DNA from: Xylographa opegraphella
Taxonomy: Eukaryota
Assembly (NCBI GenBank): GCA_022813865.1
Contig: JALDZX010000069.1
Coordinates: 62,001-96,759 of the forward strand
Reading direction: 5' to 3'
Length of the DNA: 34,759 nucleotides
This document shows positions 1 to 9,793 of the stretch, in pieces. Positions within the stretch are counted from its first letter, which is position 1. Each line of letters begins with the position of its first letter. The position numbers and the translations under genes were made by a program. The notes beneath the pieces are model-generated. The model did no database searches and had not been told where the DNA came from. It saw only the letters and a list, made by a program, of their open reading frames with translations.

Positions 1-594
1 CTGTGGTCGATGGGTGCTCAAGAAAGCGGTGAAGCGAAGGAGCAAGGCAGGGTCGGAGAAGATCACCCGCAGGTGGTTACGCGAGAACATCTGTTCCGAG
101 CGTGCTTCCAGTGAGAAGCCGGTGCGGCCTTCAAGCGGAGGCGGCACCAGGTCATAGGAATGCGGATCATCTTCCTCCAGCGGCTCGAGTTCGGTGAAAC
201 TCTCGGCGGGCGCTTTGGTCTGTAATGGGGTTAACATCATCGATGTGGCATGCGTGTCGTAGGTGTCCCGAGAGGAAGCGCGAGACATGGGCGTGGCACT
301 ATCGGAGCCATCCAGATCGTGCTGCGGAGGGGTGACACGGCGCCCTTGCCTGCTGCTGTGTGCCTCGTCAGCACATGGAAAGAAGACGGCTTAGGTGCTG
401 CCACTATACCTTGCTCTCGTGCTCATCTGTATCGATTGCGGCTGGAAGTCTGTCACCGCCACGGACGGAGCCTGAGACTCTGCAGTTGCCATTCTCGTCG
501 GCATTGGGCGTTGGGAGTGCGACTCGTCCGTGATGAGTCTGCGCGTCGGTTTGGCTGGTGGGTACTTCGACCGCCACGAGTGAGTGAATGGCAT
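1..594 (-). CDS. 5' part of a fungal RGS-LOV (BcLOV4-like) blue-light receptor candidate; gene continues beyond the window's left edge. Exons 594-410 and 355(or 352/349)-1
   Basis: Spliced reading (intron GTATAG...GCTGAC...CAG, 409-356) gives MPFTHSW...STRA + ...EPLEEDDPHSYDLVPPPLEGRTGFSLEARSEQMFSRNHLRVIFSDPALLLRFTAFLSTHRPQ, open to base 1. From recall, the 'SYDLVPP...SLE.RSE..FS..HL..IFSDP.LLLRFTAFL..RP' block matches the region leading into the RGS domain of fungal RGS-LOV proteins. The LOV domain itself is outside the window. Confidence 0.65.
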
Positions 595-1909
595 CGTGGT
601 TGTTCACGCGGGAGGGAAGGGAGACGAGTGATATGGGACGACGAAACAGAGTTGGAGTGGGGTGGATTGCTCACCAGGGAATATGGCATCTTTTGAGACG
701 CCCGGTCAGGGCAACATCAGCATTACCGTTTGGGGGGGGTGGGTGGGTGGGAGGATTGGTGCTCTAGTTAGAGCGACTTTTCTGTGCAAGTCTGCTGGGT
801 CGTGCTCCGGAAGCAGGTAGGCTGGTCGGGGAACACGGCGTGCGACTTCCATATCAGTTCGTCTTTGCCCTTTTCAGGCGATGCTTTTGACTTTGGACGA
901 GAGTTTGACACGAAAGACAGTTGATCGGGACATTGAGGGTGATGACGTTCGTGGCCGTCTTTCGATTGACTGTGCGCAGGGCAACTAGATCCAATTCATT
1001 GCCGCGTAGTAGCTCCGTTCAGCGGTCGCCCATCGGCAGCCCGTTGAGATCTCGGCATGAGGATCAGGGGCCTCCACGATCAGCAGCGATGGCCTCGCGC
1101 GCCCTGCGAAATCATGCCTGAAGGTAAATGTGAATAATCGTGATGGCTGGACGCTTGAAAGGAGACTAGCTGCATGCATAACCGCTAGATGGCCACTCGG
1201 GCTCCGGATGGCAGGCCTCGCTTCCCCCCGCCAGGTACGTCGTCATCGCCATTGGCCAGCGTCATCACCCCGATGGCCGGAAGGAGAAGTTGGCGCATTG
1301 GACTAAAGGGTGCCTGAGGTACTGAGGTACGGTAGGGTACCTTAGTGCGGAGTACCCCCGACCGTCCGTTATTTGTGTGCGTGCCAGCGTTGGCCGTCTA
1401 CCGTAAGGTAGTCTACTGTAAGGTACGGAGTACATTTTGACAAATTCAGAGGGCATCGACCAGCACAGGCCCACTATCCATGACCAAGGTACCGACCTAC
1501 CATACGGTAGTACATGTACTCCGTACCTTAGGTAACTATTCATGCCCCACGGAGGTACTCGATCGAGATCAACTCATCACTCACTCCAAGGAAGTGCCGA
1601 TGCCCCCCAAACCTAGGCTTGCAGTGCTATTTCCGTTGTCACCCATGCTGTATGAGACTGTTGCGGATCGTGTCTACCTACCTATCCACGTGAGTTACCT
1701 TACCTTACCTAACCGTCTTCGAGACCCGTAGCAAGCGAGGTTCGGACATCGGTTCGACGCTCCCCCGGTCCATGTCTGCAGAACGCCAAGAAAACGCAAA
1801 CAACGCTTACATGAAAGCCTGGCTCCCCCGCATCGCTATGCTAAGGTATGATGTGTGCCTTCGAGAACTCCTAGTATCATGCCTCGCACCTTCGGTCCAT
1901 TTACCGCCT

Positions 1910-4567
1910 TCAATCCATGCCCTCCCATGCGTCCTCCACGGTCGTCGCTCTGCCTTTGCCCTTGTCCGCCCTTCCTTCAGCGCTGGCAGGGGCCGGTGCT
2001 TCGGTCGAGTCCGATGCAGAGCCCGCTGCTGACTCTTCGCTGTCTTGGCTTCGTCCGAGATTCAGCCGAGGCACGGGGTCACTTGGCCCATGCGCCGGAG
2101 CTTGGCTGCCTTCGTGATTTCCTCCCTGCGGAGGAACTTCAGCTTTGGAGCCAGGAATGCCGTTCTGGCTAGACGACGGCCCACTTGAGGAAGCCATCGT
2201 CGGACTCCACGACTCTGCTGGCGGAAGCGGAGTCCTACTCGTGGCTGAAGCGGAATGTCGATCGGGTGGAGCCGCTCCCGCAACGTTAGGGTCAGCATGC
2301 GTGGCTGCGGGATTGATGTTCGTGGATGAAAGTTCCGAGTTGCTCGGTGTAGCTCCGGATGGGATGGCAGAGCTACTACCACTGGTCGACAAGTTTGTGG
2401 TATACTGTCCCGGGGCTGCGTAATGTGGAGCTATGGCAGTACCAATGTTAATCCGCTGAAGTGGTAAGAGTGTCCAGCCTTCCGGTAGGATCAGCCCTTG
2501 AGGCAGTTCTTGAGATCCTGCCGAGAGCCTTGGCTGATGCTCATTGACATTGAATGCTTGAACTGGATGTTGCGATACTGTGTTCGACAAATCTGTAGAT
2601 GTCAAATTTACCGGGATTGTTCGAGCTGGGCCAGAGATAGATACGCCACCAGGCTGGCCAGAAGTGGCATGGGCTTGAGCAATACGCAGTCTGGCTAGCT
2701 CGCCCTGTAAAGCGCGCACGAGATAGAGTTGGTCGGCTTGCGCTCGAAGATCGTTGATGTCTTGCATCAGCTGACGCTCGATAGTTTGCAACTGGTCTTG
2801 GACGCCATTGGTCCTCGACTGCGAAGGACCTTGCTGCGCTATGGCGACTTGTGGTTGACGGCCAAAACGCAGACCAAAGCCAAGCTGCTGGACAATGTCA
2901 CCAGCCTGATTCCGATTTTGTGGCTGTTGTACAGGTGCTTGGTTGTTAAGATGCTCTGCGAGACCCTGCATATCCTGTCCGGCGCCAAAGCCCAGTCGAA
3001 TCGGGCCAAGATTGAACACTCGAATTCTGTTCGCTCTCACACCGGCTTGCTGATTGACTTCCAAGCCTTGTACGCCGTTATTCGCCGCGTTGGCTGGGCC
3101 ATCAATTTGACCTTGCTGATTTGCTACTTGTGGGCCCGGCACACCTCCCAGCGAAGACGGTGCAAGGACAGGCCGGCGACACGTCGGACAGTTTTGTTGT
3201 CGTTCCAGCCAGCTGCGAAGACAGGCAAAGTGTAAGATGTGTCCACATGGAAGCTTCTTCGGTCTTAAACGCTCGTCAGTAGAGCGAGTGCTGTTTGTAG
3301 GAGGCACTGCATTGTTTCCCGGATTCTCATTGCCAGGGAGTGCCTGCCACGGCCTCATCGCCTCTCGGCAGATGATGCAGACATCTTCGCCACCCATCTC
3401 TTCAACAGTAGCATCTGGATACCTTTCGTTCATATCTCGAGTCGCATGTCGATATCGAACGAAGTCCGTGATCCGTTTATAAAAGGATCGGATAGTCAGA
3501 GCTACATCGCGAATGATGTGGATTGGCATGCCATAGAACATGCATAGTACACAGAAGAAGGTGAGGTATAAAACAAGCTTGAAGAAATCTGGCTTTGTGT
3601 CAGAGCTGATATAAGCACATTATGAGAAGGCATACCAGTTGCTAGATCGAGATAAAATACCCAGCGACCCTTCTCTTCCCACCCAGGAACATCAATATCA
3701 AGTTCTAGTTCATCGTCGATCGATGCCGTGGTCACGGGAGAGGGTTCGCCGGCACGTGCAGCAGCAGCAGCAGCCTCTTCGCGTTCGAGCTGAAGCTGGG
3801 CTCTTCGCTCCTGGAGACGTATGTTTGTTTGCTTCTGGATAACCGACGCCTCGTAAAGCGATATGGTGTAGCGGGCGAAGGTGGACATTGATGTTACTGT
3901 CAAGACTGCGAATTCAAAAGCAAAAATGACCATCATGTTTGGACGCGCTTGCTGACGAACCGTCTGAACGCTGTAGTTGAGCATGTACACCTCGAAACAT
4001 ATCGAGAGTACCAGCGACGTTGAAAGGCGGGTATGAAACAAACGAGGATTCGCGGGCGGCTGCTGCTCCAGAATTTCGACTCGACCTTCTCCTATCCATC
4101 CCCATATCTTGCCTATAAGGAGCGACACGAACATAACCACGAACCAGCCTCCTACTTCTTCCCGAAATATGGTCATTGCCAGGCAGGTCTCTGTGATAGC
4201 AAACCATGCCTTTTCGTATAGCTGCTCGACTTCGGTGGGTCGCAAAGGGCCGTACAAAAGCTTTTGTAAGCCAAACATGATTCCACAGACCCCTAGGAGA
4301 ACGAGGTTGGTCAAAACCTACGCCGTTGTCAGTGCCGCGGAAACCTTCGGGTAATGGCTTTCCTACTGGACGTACCATGAGACAAGCACTGCTCTGCGCC
4401 AAGTAGACACATGCTGAATAGAAATTTGCTCGCTGATGAAGAGCTCGAATGATGACGCCGGTTGCTAGGACCATGGAGGTCTAAGAGGTTTGATATTAGT
4501 AAAGTACCTTTTGCAGTGCTCTCTCCAAAAAGATTGCCCTCACCCCAGCATATGCGGTAAACCTCAT
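1910..4567 (-). CDS. HRD1: ERAD-associated E3 ubiquitin ligase Hrd1 (synoviolin), ~829 aa; exons 4567-4544, 4480-4376, 4317-3636, 3588-1910
   Basis: N-terminal TM region (RANFYSACVYLAQS, LYGPLRPTEVEQLYEKAWFAITETCLAMTIFR, GWEEKGRWVFYLDLATDFFKL). RING-H2 finger CIICRE...KKLPCGHILHFACLRSWLERQQNCPTCR. All three introns are GT-AG and frame-consistent. Confidence 0.95.
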
Positions 4568-4906
4568 GGTCTCAATCTTTGTTTTTTCAGAGTCTGACAC
4601 TCTCTCATGAATATAGCAGAGGAGCCATACTGAAGGGTCCTCTTCGTGGATCAATGACAGGACTCCTCCAACCGTATGGCAGTCTTGTGAGAGTATGAAC
4701 GGTTTGAAGCCACCTCGGCGCCTTTGCCATGTAGCCTTCATGCCTATTTCGGCTAGAGCGCTAAATTGTTAGCTTGAGATGCAACAAGCTGCCAGCATCA
4801 CTTTTCTTACCACATATTGCATCCTGAAGCTGTCTGTATTCTTGTGTTCGTTCCTGTAGAAATTTTGCAGCCAAACGTGTTATATCTCACTGACTCGGAA
4901 GGTGTC
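4568..4906. promoter_or_regulatory. Short (339 bp) divergent intergenic region, probable bidirectional promoter for HRD1 and the MFS gene
   Basis: Start codons at 4567 (-) and 4907 (+) face away from each other. Confidence 0.55.
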
Positions 4907-6649
4907 ATGTTTACTGCTACGCGCCTTCAGGCGGCGACTTATTTACTTTGCGTCTGCCTTTTCTCGATCTCGTTTCTAGTCTTTCTTAATTCCTCGATTT
5001 CTTTTGTTATAACAGACCTTATCGGCTCACATGATGGCGTGGGGGATGCTGTGGGTACGCTTGGGTTTGCGGATGAGCTTGTGGCTTTGATTGCTTGTCC
5101 TGTGTGGGGACTTTTATCAGATCGTATCGGCGTAAGAGCAGTACGTGTTGCTATCAACCCCACGATTTCATTCCTCATAGACCTCTAGGTTTGCGTGTTC
5201 GGATACTCGATCATTGGTTTGTCACTATTCATCCTCGTGCAAGCGAAGGATGTTTATCCGCAGTTGTTGGCGGCAAGACTGCTTTTCAGTATTGGTGGTG
5301 CAGCCGCAGTGACGATGGTCACTGCGATCCTACCTTCAATGACAGCACCACATCCTGAAGCTGAATGCACAATTGAGGAGCAAAGTAACTCCACTAGTCA
5401 CCCCAATGGCAATACAGAAGCGCCTTCAATATCGTCAGAGCTCACAATCACACCTGCTAGACTGGGGCGTCCGGTACCACAAAATTCCACGAAACCCGAG
5501 TCTCGAACAGACGGGGCGTCTCCCACCCGTCTGGCTGGGATCGTCGGAATGTTCACCGGCTGTGGCGCTCTCGTGGCGTTAGGGGTGTTCTTACGCTTAC
5601 CCACGAAGTTTCGCGGTATTGAAAGGGATGCTGGACAGGCGTTGATGGATACTTACTATGTAGTTGGTGCAATCGCCTTTCTAATCGCAGCCTGCTGCTT
5701 CTTCGGATTGAGAAAGCTGAACGGCGAAGAAAATCGTAGCTGGCGTGGTGCCTTTCAGCACAAGGCATCCGAAAGGGATGATGTACATCCACACAACACT
5801 CTGCCATATCGGACACTTTTGTTGAACTCTTTGGAGTTAGGAGTACACAATAACCTTATCGGCCTCGGCTATCTCGGAGCATTTGTTGCACGTGCATCGT
5901 CCGTGGGCATAACCCTCTTCATTCCGCTATATGTGAATCACTACTTCACGGCTTCCGGAATCTGCAAGGTCGATGATGCCGCTAATGCTAAAGAACAATG
6001 TCATGAAGCCTATGTTCTTGCGGCGAAACTCACCGGGACTTCTCAGCTAGTTGCTCTTTTATGTGCACCTGCCTTTGGCTACTTAGCTGATAAATACCGG
6101 CGCTTCAACCTCCCCCTTATAGTGGCGGCCGTCTGTGGGATTGCTGGATATGCAAGTTTTGCCGCTCTTAAAAGTCCCGAGTCTGCAGGCAAGTCAGGCA
6201 GTCCTTGGGTCTTTGTGATTGTTGCCCTGCTGGGTATCAGTCAGATAGGGTGCATAGTCTGCAGCTTGGGTCTTTTGGGTCGTGGTATATCAGGCTTGGA
6301 AGATGAACCCTGCCCAGGCGCCATGTCAGACTCGGCAGGCGGCAGAATTCCAATCACGGACGATGACTACACAGACCAAGAAAGAAGGTCACTTTTGACA
6401 GGACGGAAGCTTGATAACCAATCAAGAGCTCAACTCAAGGGATCTATTGCTGGAGTGTATTCTCTTACAGGGGGGGTTGGCATATTGCTCTTGACAAAGC
6501 TCGGCGGCTTCCTTTTCGACGCAAAATCTCCTGCGTCCCCATTCTATATGCTTTGTCTATTCAACGGGCTTCTCCTCGTAGTTCTTATACTTCGAGGTAT
6601 ACTGGAATCTCTTCAGGTCTACAAAAAGGCATCCCAGGACAGAACCTGA
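4907..6649 (+). CDS. Major facilitator superfamily transporter, ~564 aa; exons 4907-5140, 5189-6649
   Basis: Multiple hydrophobic helices. MFS motif A in both halves (WGLLSDRIGVR; FGYLADKYRR). Intron GTACGT...TAG at 5141-5188 restores the frame (RA|VCVFGY). Confidence 0.9.
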
Positions 6650-8314
6650 TGCGGAACGCCGTGTGCTCCGCCTCATCCCTCTCTCCCGGCCCCTTGCTAT
6701 ATACTTTTCATGCTTGCCTGGCAGTGGAAGCGGATTCAAAGCGGAATTTGACATTTTGCTGGATTCGTACCAGGATCAAGCAAAGCTTTCCTAGGGGATC
6801 AAGCTGCCACTGGGAGCGCAATCCGCGCGCTGCAGAGTCGATGTCTCGAAACCAGCAGCTCCTTGAATGGACGCAAACTTAGTTCTCTAGGCATACCCGG
6901 TTTCTATATTTATGGGCCCGTTTCTAGGATACTCGGGACTGGTTTACAGTAACTTCCTTGTGTGATGGATGCAGGCTGGAGATCATGGAGGCACAACACC
7001 GCGACGAACACATATCTTTGATATCGCAGCATCATATAACTATTTCGTGCTTTACCTGTACCATGGATGACCAACTGTAATGGTGTATATTTTCGTGACT
7101 ACGAAAGACCTACAGGCTTACCAGAGAAATGTGGAGCGGGTATACCTGTGATGCTGATGCACCTCAAGAACTAGACTATAAGTTCTCAACCAGATCTTAT
7201 CAGTCTTCACAGCAGATGAGCTGGATCTGCAAACGATGCAGGCATGATAACACAGCTTCGGAACGATAAGTCAGGTTGATCTATCACACTAGCCTTAATG
7301 CATGAAACAATAGCACTTGATTCGTTTCATAAGTTTCCACCGGCATTGGAACAACGCTCTATGCGCCGGGTCAGCTTACACGAATAGCGGTAAAGGATCC
7401 GATCCCAAATCACACAGACATGCGAGTCACGGCTCTTGATAAGAGGCTCGAGACGGTTTCTTGGGGAGATCGAGGACTATAGGTAAACCGTATGAGGAAA
7501 TAAAAAGTGCAAGGTATTTTTAAGGAGGCCGAGTCGAATTTCCGAAGCCGGTATTGACATCTGACTACGAGTACAGAGCAGCAGGCCTCGAAGGTCTACC
7601 TGCCAATAAAGACAATAAATCCACGACAACCGTGTCTGTATTCCTTGGAGACACGCGGATGACAACCAGACCAGCTCAAAATTCGTGCAGCAAGCAGTTG
7701 CCATAACGAGGAGTACATCTAGGTACCGCAATGGTTTGGGCTTGTCAATGAGGAAGGATCATCGTTAGTTCGTGGTTGAGGACTTCTTGGAAGCGCGGAC
7801 CACTTGGTAAATGCATGAATGCTACCAGCTGAACGAAATGGGACAGATCGGTAACATGGGCGTCCCAGTGCCATGACTCGATTTAGTACAGTTGATTGAT
7901 ACCAAATGCAAGGCAGAATACAATGCTGAAGTGCGACTCTGTACATGTGTCCACGTTTGCAATGTATTGACCACGAAACTACGGAGGTAGCCGCAGGAAG
8001 CTGATCACACCATGCAGAGCCGAGTGCAGACGTCGCCGTCTTGTGCTTCGCAAAAGCTACACACTGGTACTGTGTACATCTTGAGGACACTCTGAGTCGA
8101 CGTTGAAGTTTACACCTACGCACCTACCCTATCAGCAAGAATATGTAAGATTTAAGCTTATAGACGCATAGCCGAGGTTGCTAGCCGACGGTGGGTAATC
8201 GGATTTTGAGGACGTACATAAATAAATGTACGCTTGGGACGATGAGCTTCCTGGCAAGCTCAGGTCCGCCACCGCAGACACCATGCCATAGTCTCCCCGA
8301 AGGTATCTAGAGCC

Positions 8315-9253
8315 ATGCCGCCAGTCAAACTGCCTGCCTTTGTGACGCCAGCGTTACTCGCCTCCATTCGCGGTCACCCACACCTACCCCACCATTCATG
8401 GTACTTTATTGCCGGTGTGACTCTTTCGGTCCTCAACCGGCCGGATGAGATTGCGAATGTCTTCAAACATGCGCTGGAGACGGGACCCGGACGGATTGAT
8501 GCGAAGCCCGGGCACGATGAACAATTGCAGATGGCGCGGAAAATGCGGGAGGCGCTGGTGAAAGCCGCGCCCATTGGAGGTCTGCCCAAGGTATAGCTTC
8601 ATTGGCGACGATGGTCTGCGATTGCATTTGACCTCGCATTGGCATTCAGATGGACGTGGGAATTAACGATTCATCCCCCAGGCTATCAATGCTCTCTTCG
8701 CACTCAAGGCCGTCACCCCACCCGCATTGCTTGACGAACCACTCGCATACTCGCCTACGTCGCGGCCGGTGGAAGTGTACGATATCCCATCCTCGAGGAT
8801 CCTCCACCGAGGTCAGACGTTCTTCGACAAGGTCTACGGTAAAGTGTCGAAACGTGTGATGGGGCAGATGGACCGATCAGGAACAGAGGATTTGGGCATC
8901 ACCGCCCGATTGATGTACGGCTACATCCTGAGCAACATCAGCGTGTTGACTGCCGCAGAGAGCAGTTTCGTTCTGGTGGCAGGTCTCATACCGCAAGATG
9001 TAAGTGCTGGACGACCACAGGATGCCAGAGTGCCGGAGTCTTTGCTGGAGGACCTGTGCTGACCTCTGTGGCGCAGGTCAACCCTCAACTCAAGGGGCAT
9101 CTCAAAGGGGCCATGAACAATGGTGCCACCATTGACGAAGTCCAAGCGGTTCGTGAAGTCGTCATTCGCATCTGCGAGGCATCGGGGATGATGAGGTTCG
9201 GAGAGGCCGTGCCGGGAGGGTGGGGCTGGCGGGGGGAGGTTGCCAATCTGTAG
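8315..9253 (+). CDS. Carboxymuconolactone-decarboxylase/AhpD-fold protein (similar to yeast Pxp2 family), ~256 aa; exons 8315-8590, 8682-8999, 9077-9253
   Basis: Spliced product contains ARKMREALVKAAPIGGLPK|AINALFAL, RGQTFFDKVYGKVSKRV, YGYILS, LIPQD|VNPQLKGHLKGAMNNGATIDEV, all typical of fungal CMD-like proteins. Introns GTATAG..CAG and GTAAGT..GCTGAC..CAG. Ends in -ANL. Confidence 0.85.
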
Positions 9254-9288
9254 CGATTTCGTAGCGAACCTGTAGCGAATCTGTAGTG
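9245..9288 (+). repeat. 4 x 11-bp degenerate tandem repeat (AATCTGTAGCG) overlapping the CMD gene stop codon
   Basis: aatctgtagcg / atttcgtagcg / aacctgtagcg / aatctgtagtg. Confidence 0.8.
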
Positions 9289-9730
9289 GCCGTATCCAGT
9301 GCGCTGAGCTGCTTCTGGAAAACAAATGAGGCACTTAGAGCATCCCGTCAGTGCCAAAGGTCTTTGAAGGTTCTGGACCTTCACTTCAGGCTTCTGGCTT
9401 CGTTTCGTCCCACGGCCGATAATAAAGCATGTCTAGTGGCTACTTACCTACCTTAGGTATCTACCCACCTTACCGTTCAGTGCCAATTAGATAGGCAGTC
9501 TCCAAGTGTGCTGGCATAAGCCGTTTCTGCAGCCACGCACAGTTGTGAAGATAGCCGCATACCTACTGTGTAAGCCCTCCCATGGTACCATGGGGGGGGT
9601 TCGACGGCAGGAAAACACGGCGGAAAAGCGCCACAATCGCTTTGGGGCAGAGACTGCTTTCGGGGGCATGGTGTGCGGGGGAATGGCAGAAGCGATGATG
9701 AAAGGACGTAGCGTACCGCCCACTGTCGTC

Positions 9731-9793
9731 GGGGGAAGTGGGGGACTGGGAGGGGGTCCTGGGGGTGGAGGGGGCCTGGAGGGGGGCTCGGGC
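9731..9793 (+). other. G-run cluster, potential G-quadruplex
   Basis: At least seven runs of 3-6 G separated by 1-6 nt. Confidence 0.5.

Noticed and set aside
250..696. 148-aa plus-strand ORF
   Set aside because: Antisense shadow of the spliced minus-strand gene; no recognisable motif.
1738..1772. GGTTCGA T-loop-like words as a possible tRNA
   Set aside because: No cloverleaf stems or A-box could be formed around them.
8213..8232. CGTACAT-AAATAA-ATGTACG hairpin upstream of the CMD gene
   Set aside because: A 7-bp stem is within chance expectation.
6650..8314. 1.66 kb interval with short minus-strand ORFs (7477-7731, 7719-8123) and scattered GTAAGC donors
   Set aside because: Could not assemble a coherent spliced protein; a small or degenerate gene cannot be excluded without BLASTX.
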